Below are positions 14,398 to 30,540 of a stretch of DNA of 64,000 bases, one piece after another. Every line of letters starts with the position of its first letter. Within the stretch, counting starts at the first letter, position 1. The translations under genes and the position numbers were made by a program. Under the pieces are notes generated by a model. It made no database searches, had not been told where the DNA came from, and was given only the letters and a program-made list of their open reading frames with translations. The stretch is from the human T2T-CHM13v2.0 reference genome, Homo sapiens: the NCBI RefSeq assembly GCF_009914755.1, contig NC_060938.1. One strand, given 5' to 3'.

Positions 14398-15420
14398 AGC
14401 CTGGCACTTGGCCAGAAGTTAGCAAACATCACCGGAGTAGATTCATTCATCTGCATTATAAAACCATTCAAGGCATAGACTACGCTCAAAAACTTGCTCT
14501 GAGAGTCCATTTCTCCAAGGTCATGATTTTCAGTTATCCTCCAGGTACAGGCCAACTTTTATTCAGTATATCTTATATTTTAAATTTTGATGTTAAACTT
14601 TCAGAAGTAACCCATCACAAATACAAGCTTTCTCAAAAAGGCTCGGGGGTGGGGCGTGGGGGGTAAAAAGCTGTACTATTATGAAGCCATCACTTGTTTT
14701 CCTTCTCTGGGGAAGAAAAGGGATTTTATGATTTACTTATAAATTTGGCTTGTTTAGTAATTCTTTTAAGTCAAGAACTACTTATAGTTTACTATACCTA
14801 GCAAAATTCTAACTTCTATAATAAATTTTAGTAAAATATCTTAATTCTTCAAAACATTTTGCCAGCATTCTGGAAAGAATTATTTCTGTGTCCCTCCTCC
14901 CTTATTTAACAGATCCCATCACACCGTATCACGTGCACATAACAGTATCTGACAGACACTCAAACTCCTATCATTAACATTGCAAATTGCTACAACATTG
15001 ACTGAATCAACAAAAATATCCTCCCTCAACTGTAACAGAATGCTCCTCAAATTCAGAAAGTGGTCGTACACTTGCTTTACAAATAAACATCTGTGTATTC
15101 TAAGGAACAGAAGGCTTGGGTTTCTCATCATTAGAGGCTGAGTAAATATTGCTTAGTCTACCAAACAGCTTTTGGTATCACAGTGCTCTCCCACTCCATG
15201 AGTCACCAAAAAGAAAAAAAAGAAAAAAATACATATTTCAAAGCTTTTTGCTAGAGAAAATATTATGCCCCACTTTATGCAATTCCAGCTTGCTTACACT
15301 TAGAAAATATGAGCACAGAGAAGGCAGACATTATTGAAAACATCCTATTTAATGTTTTCCTAATAAGATTACCAATTCCTACTTGACTGTTTGGATACAG
15401 GCTACTAAGACGCAATTATT

Positions 15421-15529
15421 GGCCAGGCTCACGTCTGTAATCCCAACACTTTGGGAGGTTTGAGGTGGGTGGGTGGCTTGAGCCGAAGCGTTCAAGGCCA
15501 GCCTGGGCAACATAGCAAAACCTCATCCC

Positions 15530-15567
<38 letters not shown>

Positions 15568-15651
15568 AGGCATGGTGGCCTGTGCCTGTGGTCCTAGCTA
15601 CCTGGAGGCTGAGGTGGGAGGACCCCTTGACTCTGGGTGGTCAAGGTTGCA
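15421..15651 (+). mobile_element. 3'-truncated Alu with expanded A32 middle linker
   Basis: Alu sequence stops at ggttgca; A-run 15533-15564. Confidence 0.9.
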
Positions 15652-15666
15652 TAGAAAGTTGATCAA

Positions 15667-15937
15667 CTCCCACTCCTGTTGTTTCTGCACGAGAGCTGGA
15701 GCCTATGCCTTACCACACATCCATGGATATGCCCCAGATTTGACTTGGGCCTTCAAACTTTGCACAGTGGCTGCTACTAACTTTTTGAGATAATATTCAG
15801 ATTCCTGGAGACTCAGTTCTGCCTCATCTAAACCACCAGAGACCAAACAAAGACCAGCCCAATACCTCTTGGACTTTATTTAATGCCATAATGTTGTCAG
15901 ACTAAAGAGAAAAATGAAGTAATTCTTTTTTAAAAAA
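15667..15937 (+). pseudogene. Probable 5'-truncated processed retrocopy of an unidentified transcript
   Basis: Perfect 14-bp direct repeats AGAAAGTTGATCAA (15653-15666, 15938-15951); AATGAA followed by a short A-run at the 3' end; not a repeat I recognise. Confidence 0.6.
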
Positions 15938-16559
15938 AGAAAGTTGATCAAATAACTTACTTTTTCTTACCTTAAGTAACCACATCTTAAAAATAAGTAA
16001 GCAACTTAGAGTTTGGAATGAAGAGGAGGTTAAAATATTACTTTTAGGGAGGATAAATTTCTAGTTGCATATTTTTAAAGTACTAATTCAGGAAAGAAAT
16101 GCAAAATTTGTTTAGTATTCTCACACGTCCATAAACTAGAAGCAAAGTTTACATTAGATAATCTTTGCTAAGGCAACATGTCATTGTGACTTATAAGCAC
16201 AGATAACTTTTCTGGGCACGTGACTTATTTCTGATAAATATATACTTTTGTACTCTGCTAATATTGTAATTCTCTGTACCATTTACTTTTGTTTTAGGAT
16301 CCTCTTGAGCCCCAAATGAGATATAACTATTACCATAATCAAGAGTTGACTGGAGGTAAAGAACACTACAATCCCAGTGTTCTAGTGACAAAGCCACTAA
16401 AGAAGCTGGTTCTGACCTACTGTAAGCAAGCCATGCAGACTCAGCAGACCAGAAAACGTCTTTCTCCTGCTTTTCAGGCTACTTGCTCATACCATTTACC
16501 TATACCACTTAGTTGCTCATCTATTAAACTTAGAGGACTTTTCCCTCTTTCATTTCATA

Positions 16560-17905
16560 GCCAGGCAGACTGCCCAAGACACCCTTGGGGAAACCTACTA
16601 TTTTTTTCTGTCTACCACTGTGTTTCGAACTTCTCACACTTCTGAGAATCCTCCTCCTTCTCAGTAGACAACCATGGATTCTACTGCAGAAAACACAGAA
16701 GCCATCAGATTCAAACTCTTTCACCTTCACGCCAACCCATCTATAAGCCTTCTTAAATTTGTACCCAGATGGGCCTCCTGTCTTTGTGTTAACATGAAAA
16801 AGTGTCTCTTCCTGTCTATCTAAAGCCAATCCCACCTCCTACGCTCTGCTGCCCTTCCCATCTTCTAGGAACCGTGTGCTTCTTTCCTTACATTGGCTCT
16901 CCAGGTGTCTCATCCATTCTCATAGCTTTAAAAGACACTTATTTTCGTCACTGGTGTCAGCAGCCCAACCTTCTACTCAGACGCCAGCCTATACACCCTA
17001 CTGCCTATCTCACATCTCTTCTTGATGTCCCACAGATAACTCAATTTATCTAAAATGTAACCCAATTTTTTTTCTTATCCCTACTCTTATTATACTAACT
17101 AGCACCAACCGTCAACCCAGTTGCTCAAGCTAGGAATCTGAAAGTCATTGATTTTCGCTTTCCCTCATTCCTTACATTTATCAGCAAACTGTCAAATCCA
17201 CTTCCAAAAATCTCCACTCCAGTCTCCACTGGCACCACCCTATTTCAAGCTGCCATCATCTCTTGCACTGACTACTGCCACAGCCTCCTAACTGGTCTCC
17301 TTCATTCCATTCAGCACTTTGCATACAACAGCCAGAGTCATCTTTTCAGCGCTTTCATGCCATTCCCCTGCTGAAAATCCTTTGCAACTGCTTCTAACTG
17401 CACTTAAATAAAATCCAAATGCCGTATCAGGTCTACAAAGCCCCACACAATACAGCCTATCTACTCCTCCAAATTTATCCTGTGCTACTCTTCCTTTGCT
17501 CCAGCCACACTGGCCTTTTTTAGTTCTAAGAATCATATAACTAAGCTCTTTCCTGCCGCAGTGCCCTTGTACATGCTACTCCACTCCTGGAATGTCTAAC
17601 TCTCTCTCATCTTTCAGGTTTTAGCATTAATTCCATATTCTCAGAGAAGCCTTTTTTAGCTACCCTAGCCCTCCAATGTCCTATGTCCCCCCATACTGTT
17701 GTATTTCAGTATCCTGTGATATCACTGATCAAAATTTATATTCATTTTGTTTGTTGTTGGTGGGTGGGGGAGGAGGGTGCTATCTTTCTTTCCTAATAGA
17801 TTATAAACTGTCTAAGAAGACAAAGGCAATGTCTATTTTGATCACCATTGTATTTTCAGCACCTAGCACAGTGCTGGGCAGGCAAGAAATATTTAACAAA
17901 TGAAT
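16560..17905 (+). mobile_element. L2 3' region
   Basis: cctcctaactggtctcc, cagccagagtcatct, aaaatccaaa, ctccagccacactggcctt, gcacctagcacagtgc...aaatatttaacaaatgaat. Confidence 0.75.
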
Positions 17906-19687
17906 TAATCCTCCTTTTGAAAATTTTAAAGATCTCTCATTACTCAAAACAATCTCAACAAGAAACTTATTTTTAAACCATCAATAAAAGCAAATACAAG
18001 TTTTACTAATTTATAATTAGTAAAATTATAATTTACTAATACAAGTTGTATGTCTGAAGAATCCATTTTATCTTCAACTTCAGAATTAAAATATACTTCA
18101 ATACTAACTAGAAGAGTGGCAGAGATTCCCCTAGAAAAAGGAAATAAAACTGAACAGACATCCTGTTCTCTCTCACATCTTCTAAAAAGAATGAATTTCT
18201 TTGCTCAAGACAATCTCTATTGTGCAAAGTGTTTATGTTCCAAAAGTCCACTTGTAAGTCTGAGAATTCAGATTCATCACAGAAAAACACTACATAGTTA
18301 GGTTCCAAATCATACAATAAATTACCCAACCAAAAATAACCTGACCTATATGACTAGCAACACTCTACCTTACCAACTGTATCATAAAGCCTTTTGCAGA
18401 ATGTTTCAACTTGAGAAGTAAGAAAAACTGCAAGCAATGGCACCTGCAGAGAGTGAGTTGGATGGGGTAAGAAAGGGAATGCTGCTGCCAAGTTGTGAGG
18501 GAGACAATGGCTTCCTGAGGAATATCAAATTGTAGGGCACCTGGCTACTCCCTAGTCATCTTTCCCAGAATACCAAGAATTAACCTATTTCCAGTTTCCC
18601 AGATACAATTTGTTGTTGTCTTAGGCCTGGGTTTCTTTTCTTTACTAAACGATGACAATAGAAGAGTTTTTAACTTGCTTTCCTTTCCAATGCCTGAAAC
18701 TCTTCTGATGTTTCTACTGAGACTCTATTGCCAATAATGTGTAAAGACAGGGCCTACAAGTAAAATTAATGCTTAAGTTTGTAAAAACGATGTTTATAAT
18801 ATTATCCTTAATATTGATTGAAATGTAAAGGACACTAGACATTAATCTCAATATTCAATCATACATTGTCTTTACTCTTGACCCCTTTAGGTCTTTCTCC
18901 TCCCAAACTTCTCTTTCGATTTTAGAGTTGGGGATCATGGGGCATCCTGCTTTTAGGATGTGCCCTCCTGTTCTGATCTCTTTAGTCACTCAGACCTTTA
19001 AAAAGCGAAAGAGGAGGCAAACAGATGAAGAGTGTGGCTCTTCAGGTGTATAATCAATGCACTAATTAATAAATACTTTCCAAGTAACTATCATATGCCA
19101 GGCACTAAGTTGGGCAATGGAATATAAAAATTAATAAGAATTACCATCCCAGTGGCACTTACAGTCCAAGTGAGAGACACAGACAAGTAAAATGAGCTAA
19201 AAATATAAAAGAACAAAATGTCACAGAGGCAACCAACATTAAACGTGAAAGATTAATTAGGTTAACATGGCATTTTTACCTGGGTCTTAAAAGATGTGGG
19301 AGTTCAAATGTGCTAAGAGAAACCATCCTGTAGACAATGGAGGCTCTCAGATTGTTTTATTAACATAATTTTGATTTGATTATGAAGCACAAATTAGAGT
19401 CTGGCAGAAAATTTACCACAACATTCTAGAGAGCAGGGCCTGACATAAGGCAGAAGGTGAAGAGAAGGAGGCAAATATGAGGGAGTTGTCTAAGCTAGAA
19501 TCATGGGTCTCAAGGACACTGATTTCAGATGAGAGAGGACAGCTGGAAGGTGAAGAGGGGAAGCTAGAAAGTTCCTAGCTTGATAATTAAATAGATGATA
19601 ATAGCACTAAGATTTGTTTACTGAACATTTAGTATGTACCAAGCACTTAACACATTCTCATTTAATTCCAACAAAAAATGTTAAAAG

Positions 19688-20067
<380 letters not shown>

Positions 20068-21367
20068 TTACATAACTTGGCTAAAGTTCATAAAGTTAGC
20101 ATATGTAGGAATTAGGATTTGACTCTAGATGAGTGTGATTTCAGAGGTGGCACTCTTAAATTACATGCCATTAGCCAAGATAAAGTTACGCAGAAGAGAA
20201 GCAAGTCTGGGTATGTTGAATATGAGGCCAAAAGACTAATGTTAGGACTCATTTACATTTCACAGTAAAATCCTGATGATTATCCTGCACATCTCTTAAG
20301 GAAATAGGTATTTAGGAGAAAGAAGATAGAACATCCACAAGGAGGCAAAGAGATTATTAAATAAAGGAATATTTTTATTATGCATGTCTTTCTCTGATTT
20401 AATAATGGCAACCACAGACAAACTCAAAGAGGTTATGGTTAGCAGCCATATAACTACTTGAAGAATGCATATACTAATATGCAAAATTAAACAGACTTTG
20501 AAACAACCAAAGAACACAAATGGCTATGAATGCAAAGAAGCAATTAAGAAAAATAATAACAATAATGTACTCACTTTTGGTTTTATACTAGAAATTAAGA
20601 CTTCTACTGTCCAAAAATAATTGGAATAACTTCTGAGTCATTCCTCTCTTCCTTAAGACTGTTCATTGGTAATTAGATTATTCTAGAAAGACCAGAAGTG
20701 AATTCCTAAATTACTCTTAATCTATTTCTAGAGGGACAACCCTCCCTTCTAGAACTACTCTGTATTCTAGAGGAAAAGAATTCTCAACAGTGCAATCTAC
20801 AACACTATCATCCAGGACCTAACTGAAGTTTTTATAATATGAGTTTCCACAACCATGAAAAACAGGAAAAGAATACCCAACATATACTTTTGAACTCTGC
20901 TGAATCTTATTCTCTCATATAGCGTTATTATTAATCAACAAAATGTAAAACAACAAAGAAATGAACAAAAAAAAACACTGGCGATGAAGCATACAAATAT
21001 TTCCTCCCTATACTTCTGCCCCCACCCCATCCAGCAAAGTAAGGAAAGGCCTACACCAAGATCACAGAACAGTCATTATAGTAATCTAATCCTTATATCT
21101 TTGAAATTAGATAATATGTATCTCTACAAGTTATATTTTACTTTTTCCTCTCCCTCAGCTTTTCTTTCCATCCAAGTATTACGGAGTCTATCCCTTAAGC
21201 AGCTGTTAATTTGTTCCTTCCTTTCCTTTTACATTGCCTTAGTTCAGGTCCCCAACATCTCTACCCTGAATTACTATAACACCATTTTTTACAACACTAT
21301 CCAGAGTTGTCTCTTAAAATGCAAACTTGATCAGTTTATTTGTCCACTTAAAAACTTTCCAAGTCTG

Positions 21368-21737
<370 letters not shown>

Positions 21738-22259
21738 TTAACAGGTTCCACAAATCTGTGCCCCACATTGCCTTTTTCTAGTAGCTCTTACCACACCCAG
21801 ATGCAGCTTTTGTTCTGGCCTAGTTTGTGGAACAAGCTGGTGTTTCAGATCTCCTTGATAGGCACCTTTTCCTTTCCCCCTTTATCAAACTGGCAAAATC
21901 ATGCACCAGTACCAGCTCAAATATTACCACCTCTGAATCTTCACTGACCCACCTGTCAAAGCAGCAAAGTATACCTTAGCACTTTGAATGATATAATTCA
22001 TTTATGTAACTAATTTCCCCACTAGATTAAGTCTTTATCCTGTGTCTCAAAAGCAGAGACCAGAACTAATAAATATTTATAAACTACTACTTGTAATATA
22101 CAAATATTTGTAATATACAGGCAGCATGTAAAGCAATCTTAATAATCAATTGAAAAATTATAATTATTCCAAGATAAAAGTTCATGTTAAAAACATTAAA
22201 AACTCTTACTGTTGATTATAAATGTACATATGGAAATGGAAAAAATAGCAAAACTAGTG

Positions 22260-23090
22260 TTTATTTAGTGTACTGTAATTAAAACATTAAAAACATTGAG
22301 AAGTGTTACTTTTCTTTGTGAAAACTTAACAAGAATAGCTTAAATAGTGCTTGTCTTCTAATCATATAACTTATGATGTGGAGCAAGTATCTTTTATGCC
22401 TTGGCAAGCTGTCACACTCCTTCCTAAGTCTGGATCAACTTAAAACATTTTGTCCTTTGCTCTTTCAGTATCATGAAATATCTTTGACAGCTCCTTCAGT
22501 ATGCAAAGTTTTTGCTAGTGTCACTTCCTCTGGGACATCTTCATCCTTTTTGTCATACCACTTGTATCATGTATGTAAGTTTACCTTCACTAAATTCCTT
22601 TGGCTGTATATCTATAGTCTTTCAAATGGTGAAAGCATCCACATTTCCATGGTGAGCTATTTCTTCTTTAACTCCATTTATATTTGATTCAACTATCACT
22701 TCTAGTATTTCATGAACACTTTTTGTTAATTCATTGCAGTTTTATCTCTGTTGGTCAACTCTTTCAATTATCCATTTTTTTAAAACATCATGAGTTTCTC
22801 ATGGGGGACAGAGAGGCAACACTAACACTTCTGTGTGTGAACTGTATGCACAGTGGCCAATCACAGATAGACTTTGAAATAAGTGACATGACTTGTCACT
22901 GACTGTGATGAGCTTCTGTTATTTACATAGTGCTTTGTGGACTGAAGAGTTAGCCAGCAAGTTTTGTACTTTATGCAGTTACATCTTAGTTAATGTATAA
23001 AGTTAAAAGATAAAGTATGGTGGCAACTAAAATGTGAGCCATGTTGTTAGACAATTAGTGTTATTTAATAAGTAAACGTGCAAATTGCAA
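22260..23090 (-). mobile_element. Tigger13a-like DNA transposon relic
   Basis: Reverse strand aaaaaggatgaagatgtcccagaggaagtgac and aatggagttaaagaagaaatagct match the recalled consensus. Confidence 0.7.
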
Positions 23091-23300
23091 CGTCCAAAGT
23101 GCTGTTTTCAAAAATGTCTGATGTCATATTAAAAAAAAAGTTTTTAATCTGCTAGCAGAAGCTGTAAACTTCAAAGTTTACATATCATTCAAACTGCAAA
23201 CATATTTCAATTAAGGTACCCCATTCCATTTTAGGTTAAGGAAATTATTTTACATTAAGGCTCCAATGGCTAACTGAGGCAGTGTCAAATTATGGGAAAC

Positions 23301-23653
23301 TGCTATGGACTAAATGTTTGTGTCCCCCCAAATTCATATGTTGAAATCCTAATCCCCAATATGATGGTATCTGAAGATGGGGCCTTGGGGAGGTAAATCA
23401 AGTCATGGAGGTGGAGTGCTTCTGGTGGAACTGGTATCCTTAGAAGAAGAGACAGAAGACAGCTGGTTTCCTATCTCTCCTTCTTTCCCTCCTCCATGTG
23501 AGGAAACCAGGAATAGGGTCCTCACTGGAAACCAACCATGCTGACATCCTGATCTTAGATCTGGCAGCCTCCAGAACTGTGAGAAATAAGTGCTTACTGT
23601 TTAAGCCACCCAGGATATGTTATTTGTTATGGCAGCCCAAGCAGACTAAGACA
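23301..23653 (+). mobile_element. MLT1A-type solo LTR
   Basis: TG...CA termini and perfect 5-bp TSD GAAAC; tgctatggactaaatgtttgtgtcccc...gcagactaagaca. Confidence 0.9.
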
Positions 23654-24800
23654 GAAACTAAACCTCTAACGAAAAGTGACAAATTGCAATTTCTTCTACA
23701 TAGCTAGTTGAAAACTGGGGAATTCACTCTTCAAAATAAAGAGATCAACTAAGTTTACAAATAGCCTTTTGAAGTTACGAATCTGAGATAATGTCTATCA
23801 ATTTCAATCTATTATCCGATACTATAAGACATACTAACTCAAAGCAGTTAAGAAGTTTTTTTCAGATCACATAAGCCATGCAAGCAGTTACAGAATGCAT
23901 AAACAGAAAGTATGCCAATTATTAATTTCCAGAGGGTGGGTAACTTTCTATCCAATCCTGAAGGCTGGCTTATTGCTAATTTGGTTCAACCTGGCTTCAT
24001 TCCTAGAAGACAGGGCTCGGAGTCCATGCAATGAAAAGGTCTGACAAATTCTAAGAGAGTAACATCAGGACAAAATTCACCAGTTAGTATTGGACTTAGA
24101 GAAGTATTAGTTGTGTTTGTGTTTTAAATGTGATCAATGACACTAGCTATTCTAAAGTTCAAAAGAAAAGCAATTTAGTAAGAATATTTAATTGGCTTTT
24201 ATGTTGTAAGCTTATCTCAGAAAATATTAACAAATTCTAATATAAAACTTCAATGTATACTGGAAAAATTATTTCTTGAAATCCAAGAGGATTATCATTG
24301 CTTACACCTTATCTGCAAGTTATTTTATATGAAACTGATGAATTTCCAATGTGTAAAAATCTGATGTCTCCCCCTATTTAAAGTCTTTTATGGGCATCTC
24401 ACAGCTCTGGGGATAATGCTAAATCTTTTAAACCTGGTTCAGAAAGCACTTTAGCATTATTTCTTCTTGAGCCTCACGTCAAGCCACTGGTTCCCTAGGA
24501 TTGCTCCCCCATCATCACCAGACTTCTTTCAGTTCTTCAACTGGCCACACTCCCTTGCTCCACTTCCCATGCTGGGAATTCTCATCCTCTTCCCAGCCTG
24601 TTGTTCTGTCATCCTATCCCTTACCCACATCTCCTCCCATTTTTTGCCTGGCTAATTCCTACTCTCAGATCTCAGCTTAAAAGTCATTTCCCTCCCTCCA
24701 CAAATCCTATCCTATATGCTAGGTTCCAGTTGCCCAGTACAGAATCCTATAACTATTTCAATTACCATAATACTCACTACATTATAGTAATTACTATTTA

Positions 24801-25150
<350 letters not shown>

Positions 25151-25790
25151 TTACGACTGCAAATAGAGTGAGGGTTAAGGAATGAGTTAATTTTGTTCAC
25201 CCCAGTTTGTAGTATAGTCTCTGGCATCCAATAGGCTCTCATTTATAAATATTAAGTGGATAAGTTAAGGAATAACAGAATATCGTTTCACAGTTACCTA
25301 TGTCTTTCTTCTCTATAAGCTTTTCTTCTATTTCTCTAAGCTAGTCTATAATACACCATGAACACTGCAATCCCCAACCTGGAATGCCTTTCTTCCTAAC
25401 TTTCCACCCTGTCTCTCTTTAAATAAGGCCAGTTATTACTCACGACTCTAAACCTCTGTCTTCCTGTATTCAAGGGCTACTTATTTGGCACTTCTCAATC
25501 AGATCATTGACTCAAAGTAATTTTCTTGTTTCACTTTGTTACTAGCAAGCTGCTCATATTGAGAGCCGGGACTATGCCTCACCATATAATAGTTGGCTCT
25601 CCGTAAATGTTTGTTGCTGCTACTACAGTCCAGTTCATGTACCTTATATTCCCACACGTCTCATGTTATACCTCTATAACCTACCAAAAATAGAGCATGA
25701 ATGTATAGAATTATCTCTATGCAGGAATGTTTACACATCAATGTCCCATCTCACCTAAGGGCCTTCTTTGCTATTTTAAGTTCTGTAAGG

Positions 25791-25860
25791 AATTTACTGC
25801 CCAAACTCATTAAGGATCCTCAATAAATTTACTGCCCAAACTCCAAAAGGATCCTCAATA
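25791..25860. repeat. 35-bp tandem duplication
   Basis: aatttactgcccaaactc(att/caa)aaggatcctcaata x2. Confidence 0.92.
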
Positions 25861-25879
25861 AAACAATTATTAGTCTAAC

Positions 25880-26080
25880 TACTACTTACTATGTGCCAAG
25901 AACTGCTCTAAGTGCTTTACACATGTGTCTGCATTTAATCCTTACGACAACCCTAAGTGGTAAGATTACTACACTTATTTTGTTTATAAGGAAACTAAGT
26001 TGCGAAGATGTTAAATAACGTGGCACAGGGTCACAAAGCTTGTAAGTACTGAAGCTGGTATTCAAACCCAGTCAGTGACT
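25880..26080 (-). mobile_element. MIR
   Basis: tatgtgccaagaactgctctaagtgctttac...catttaatccttacgacaaccct...ggaaactaag...ttcaaacccag. Confidence 0.75.
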
Positions 26081-26502
26081 TCAAGGAATGTATTCAGACA
26101 CTTCACAACCACTAAACAGAATTTACAAAGGCAAGAAAATCTTTTAAAATGGTTTCAGCAAGAGATTAAATAAGAAGGGGTTTATGGTTAAATACTACAT
26201 AAATAAAATGAAAACAAAGCAATCAGAATACTGAAAATCACAGTTGAAATTTATATTTTAAGTTTACATGGTATTTGAAGGATAACTGTAGATTACATTT
26301 TATTGAGCTCTTAGTATAGTCATTCTACTAATTATCAAGAATTGTTAATCCTTTAAATACCATATTTAGTCAATACATTAGCCCCCAAAACAAGTAAACT
26401 AAAGCTAAGTGAGACTAAATAATCAGAAGTTAAAATAACTTGCCCAAGGTCATATGTAACCAATAAGTTGGCCACATCTTAGAGTAAGTTCTTAGTCGCT
26501 AA

Positions 26503-26778
<276 letters not shown>

Positions 26779-27003
26779 AATTCACCTTTTAAAGAAGGTA
26801 TTTGTCTAACCAGAATATTGAATTTATGGAAACACTCCCTATCTTAGCATAGTGAGTCTATAATTTTGTATATGTGGAAGCATAAAATCTGCTTCTAGAT
26901 GATCTTCATACTTTAATTCTTTATAGTATTACTAATAATGATGCAAAGTAGCACAATAAACTTAAAATCAATTCCTAATATGGTAAAGAGTATGTCAGAC
27001 CTA

Positions 27004-27335
<332 letters not shown>

Positions 27336-27449
27336 AGAACTATTTGGCTTCCTTTTAAAAGGCACATTCTCAATCTTTTATAATACTGGTATTTATCTGG
27401 CTCAGCACAGGGAGAAAATCTACAAACACTAAAATAGCTGGAACTGTAA

Positions 27450-27640
27450 TTATCATCATAGCTACATTTACAAAAACTATTCTAAACACTTCATGTGTAT
27501 TAACTAACATAATCCTTATAATAATCCAAAGATACTGTTATTATCCCCATTTTCCAGATGAGGAACCAGAGGCACAGACAGGTCACACAGCCCAAGGTCA
27601 TACAGCTAGTATATGGTCAAGTCAGGATTCTGACGTGGGT
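27450..27640 (-). mobile_element. MIR
   Basis: ttatccccattttccagatgaggaaccagaggcacaga...cccaaggtcatacagctagt. Confidence 0.8.
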
Positions 27641-28669
27641 GGGCTGCCTCTCAGTCTATGCTCCATACCAAGGGCATTCCATCTTGGCAACAGAAATCAT
27701 TGCCACCTTGCATAAGACTTTTAACATTGATACAGGAATCATCTGCTTTTTTCAAGTTATTTTTAATTTCAAAGGTTATAAAATTCTTAGATCTGAACCC
27801 AGGAACTACATTAAGGAACATTAAGCTGGGAAGCACTTACCCAGTAGACAACTTCATCTACAATCAATAATGCTAGCACTTTATTGGTGTTTTATTCATA
27901 ACCCTGAGTATTCCATTAAGAAAAAGATATCAAAAACATCATTACACTGATGCTTTGAAATTATAATTGATTTTTTAAATACCTAATGTATTTTTTAGTT
28001 ACAACATGATGTAAAAATAAGACAGTTAAATATCTGAGAAAAGACTCCCTTCCGATTCTAAAGTAGATGTCACCTTCTCTGGGCTGGAGGTTATCAGCCC
28101 AATAACCTTGATATGTGTAGAAAGGTCACCCCAAGGATGCACTGACACTGGCTGGTCCTTATGTATCTAAATGACAGATAATTAAGTCTGAAACCTGAAA
28201 CCTGAATCATGGAAGGAAATCAAAACGTAAACCTCAAATTTTAATCATTTACTGCTTATCTCTTTTTCTCATATACACGAATTCACTTCCAAGCAGCATT
28301 AATGAAGTTGAGAGAAAATACCATAAGACATCATTTTCAATTAACTTTCAAAATGTTTTACTATGTAACTCTAGGTGAGTTACTATGAACAATTAATTAT
28401 TCATAATATTCTCAAAGAAGGGAAATAGATCAGGATTTGTATACTGACCCTTTAATCCACAAGAGTATGGCTGTAGATATATTTAAAGACATTTAGATAT
28501 CTTCAGATACTGTTTATGTATCTTCTACTTTAGAGTTACCACATTTGAAGAACTATTTTCAAAGAATCCTAATACATTACACATTCCAAAGAGACAGGAA
28601 CAAACTTAAATGATAGTTTATTCTGTGTTATCTATACTGAGATTCTAGAAATTGAAAAACTGACTTAGC

Positions 28670-29395
28670 CAGTAGGTTAGTCATTATGGAAATGCAAATT
28701 AAAATCACAATGAGATAGTACTACTTACTTATTAGAATGGCTAAAATTAAAACAAACGACACTAAATTCTGACAGTAACAAGGGTAGGGTAGACCTGACA
28801 GCAACTGGAACTCTCATACAATACTGACAGGAAAGTAAAGTGACGTGGCCACTATGAAAAAGTTTGGCAGTTTCTTCTAACTTCAAGCATATACTTACTA
28901 TACCACCCAGCAATCCCACACCTAGGTAGTTACCCCAGAAAAATGAAAATATGCATTCACACGGATGTTTACAGCAGCCTTATTCATCATCTCCTAAAAC
29001 TGGGAGTAACCCAAATGCCCTTCAATTGCTAAATGGACAAACTGTGAAATAATCCATTCAATGGACTACTACTCAGTGATAAAAAACTATTGATACAAAC
29101 ACATGAACGAAGCTAACATGTATTATGCTAAGTGAAAGAAACCAGATTCAAAGAGCTAGAACTGAATGGTTCCATTTGCAGGCCATTCTAGAAAAGGCAA
29201 ATTATCACTGGTTTTTAGGATCTGGGTTTGAGGCGATGAGACGGTTACAAAGGAAACTTTTGGGAGTACTGTAAAAGTTTTCTATCTTGACTGTGGTAGT
29301 TTTACATGTCAAAACTCAGAATATTATACTAAGAAGGATAAATTTTACTATATGTCAATCAGACCTCAATGAGCCTGACACTAAGAAAAAAAATT
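28670..29395 (+). mobile_element. L1ME-like 3' end
   Basis: gaaatgcaaattaaaatcacaatgagata; acccagcaatcccacacctagg; attatgctaagtgaaagaaaccag. Confidence 0.8.
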
Positions 29396-30162
29396 AACAG
29401 GAAAAACAATTATATAGTAATTATGCAACTAATTTGTTAAAGAATGAATTATAACGAATATGAATTTGTAACCACAAACCCAAGTGCAGAAGTCACACTT
29501 CTTAATTACAAAATAAAAGAATTATTTAAAAATACACTTTCAGATGTATTTGTTTACTTCTCACTGGGCATATATACCAATTTTAAATGTTCCATGGCAT
29601 AAGCATTAATTTGTCAGTAAAATAATTATTTAAATAGGAATACTGCATACATTAGCTTTTTTCTGAAACTACTTTCATTAGTTTCTAAATAGGCCCAATG
29701 TTTTCATGTGCCTTTGCTATAAATGAACTAAAAACACTGCTCTTATAGAATATATTAAGTAGAGAATTAATTTACTACTGATGCTTTCATGGTTTTAGAT
29801 TTTTCAAATACCTGGAATACCATCATCCACTTATTGGTCCCCTGCATTTCAGAAATCTTATTAAAATGGTACTTAAATAGCTCTCTTACACTGCAGAGGC
29901 AGGTGTGTGTTTGGAAGTTGGCGGGAAAGTAAAATGACAGCTATTTTTTCTTGTTGTTTAGAGGGTGGGAACAGAAAGCAATCCTAAACTAAGCTTTTTT
30001 TGAGGAGTGCAATTCCCCACCAGTAAAGCTGGAACTTATTAAATATACTAGATTATATTTTAACCTACTTTTCCTTTTTTTCCTTCCTACTTTCATATAC
30101 TCAGAGACTCAATGCCACAGAGAAGTATCCACTCTCATTTGCATAACACAAAGTTTATATAA

Positions 30163-30540
<378 letters not shown>

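Noticed and set aside
20568-20600. 13-nt ag/gtgagt-bounded microexon candidate on the minus strand
   Set aside because: Weak polypyrimidine tract and poor exonic donor context.
23222-23235. CATTCC overlapping CArG CCATTTTAGG; other CArG matches at ~58748 (in L1) and 63627
   Set aside because: The number of matches in AT-rich DNA is about what chance predicts, and there is no supporting context.
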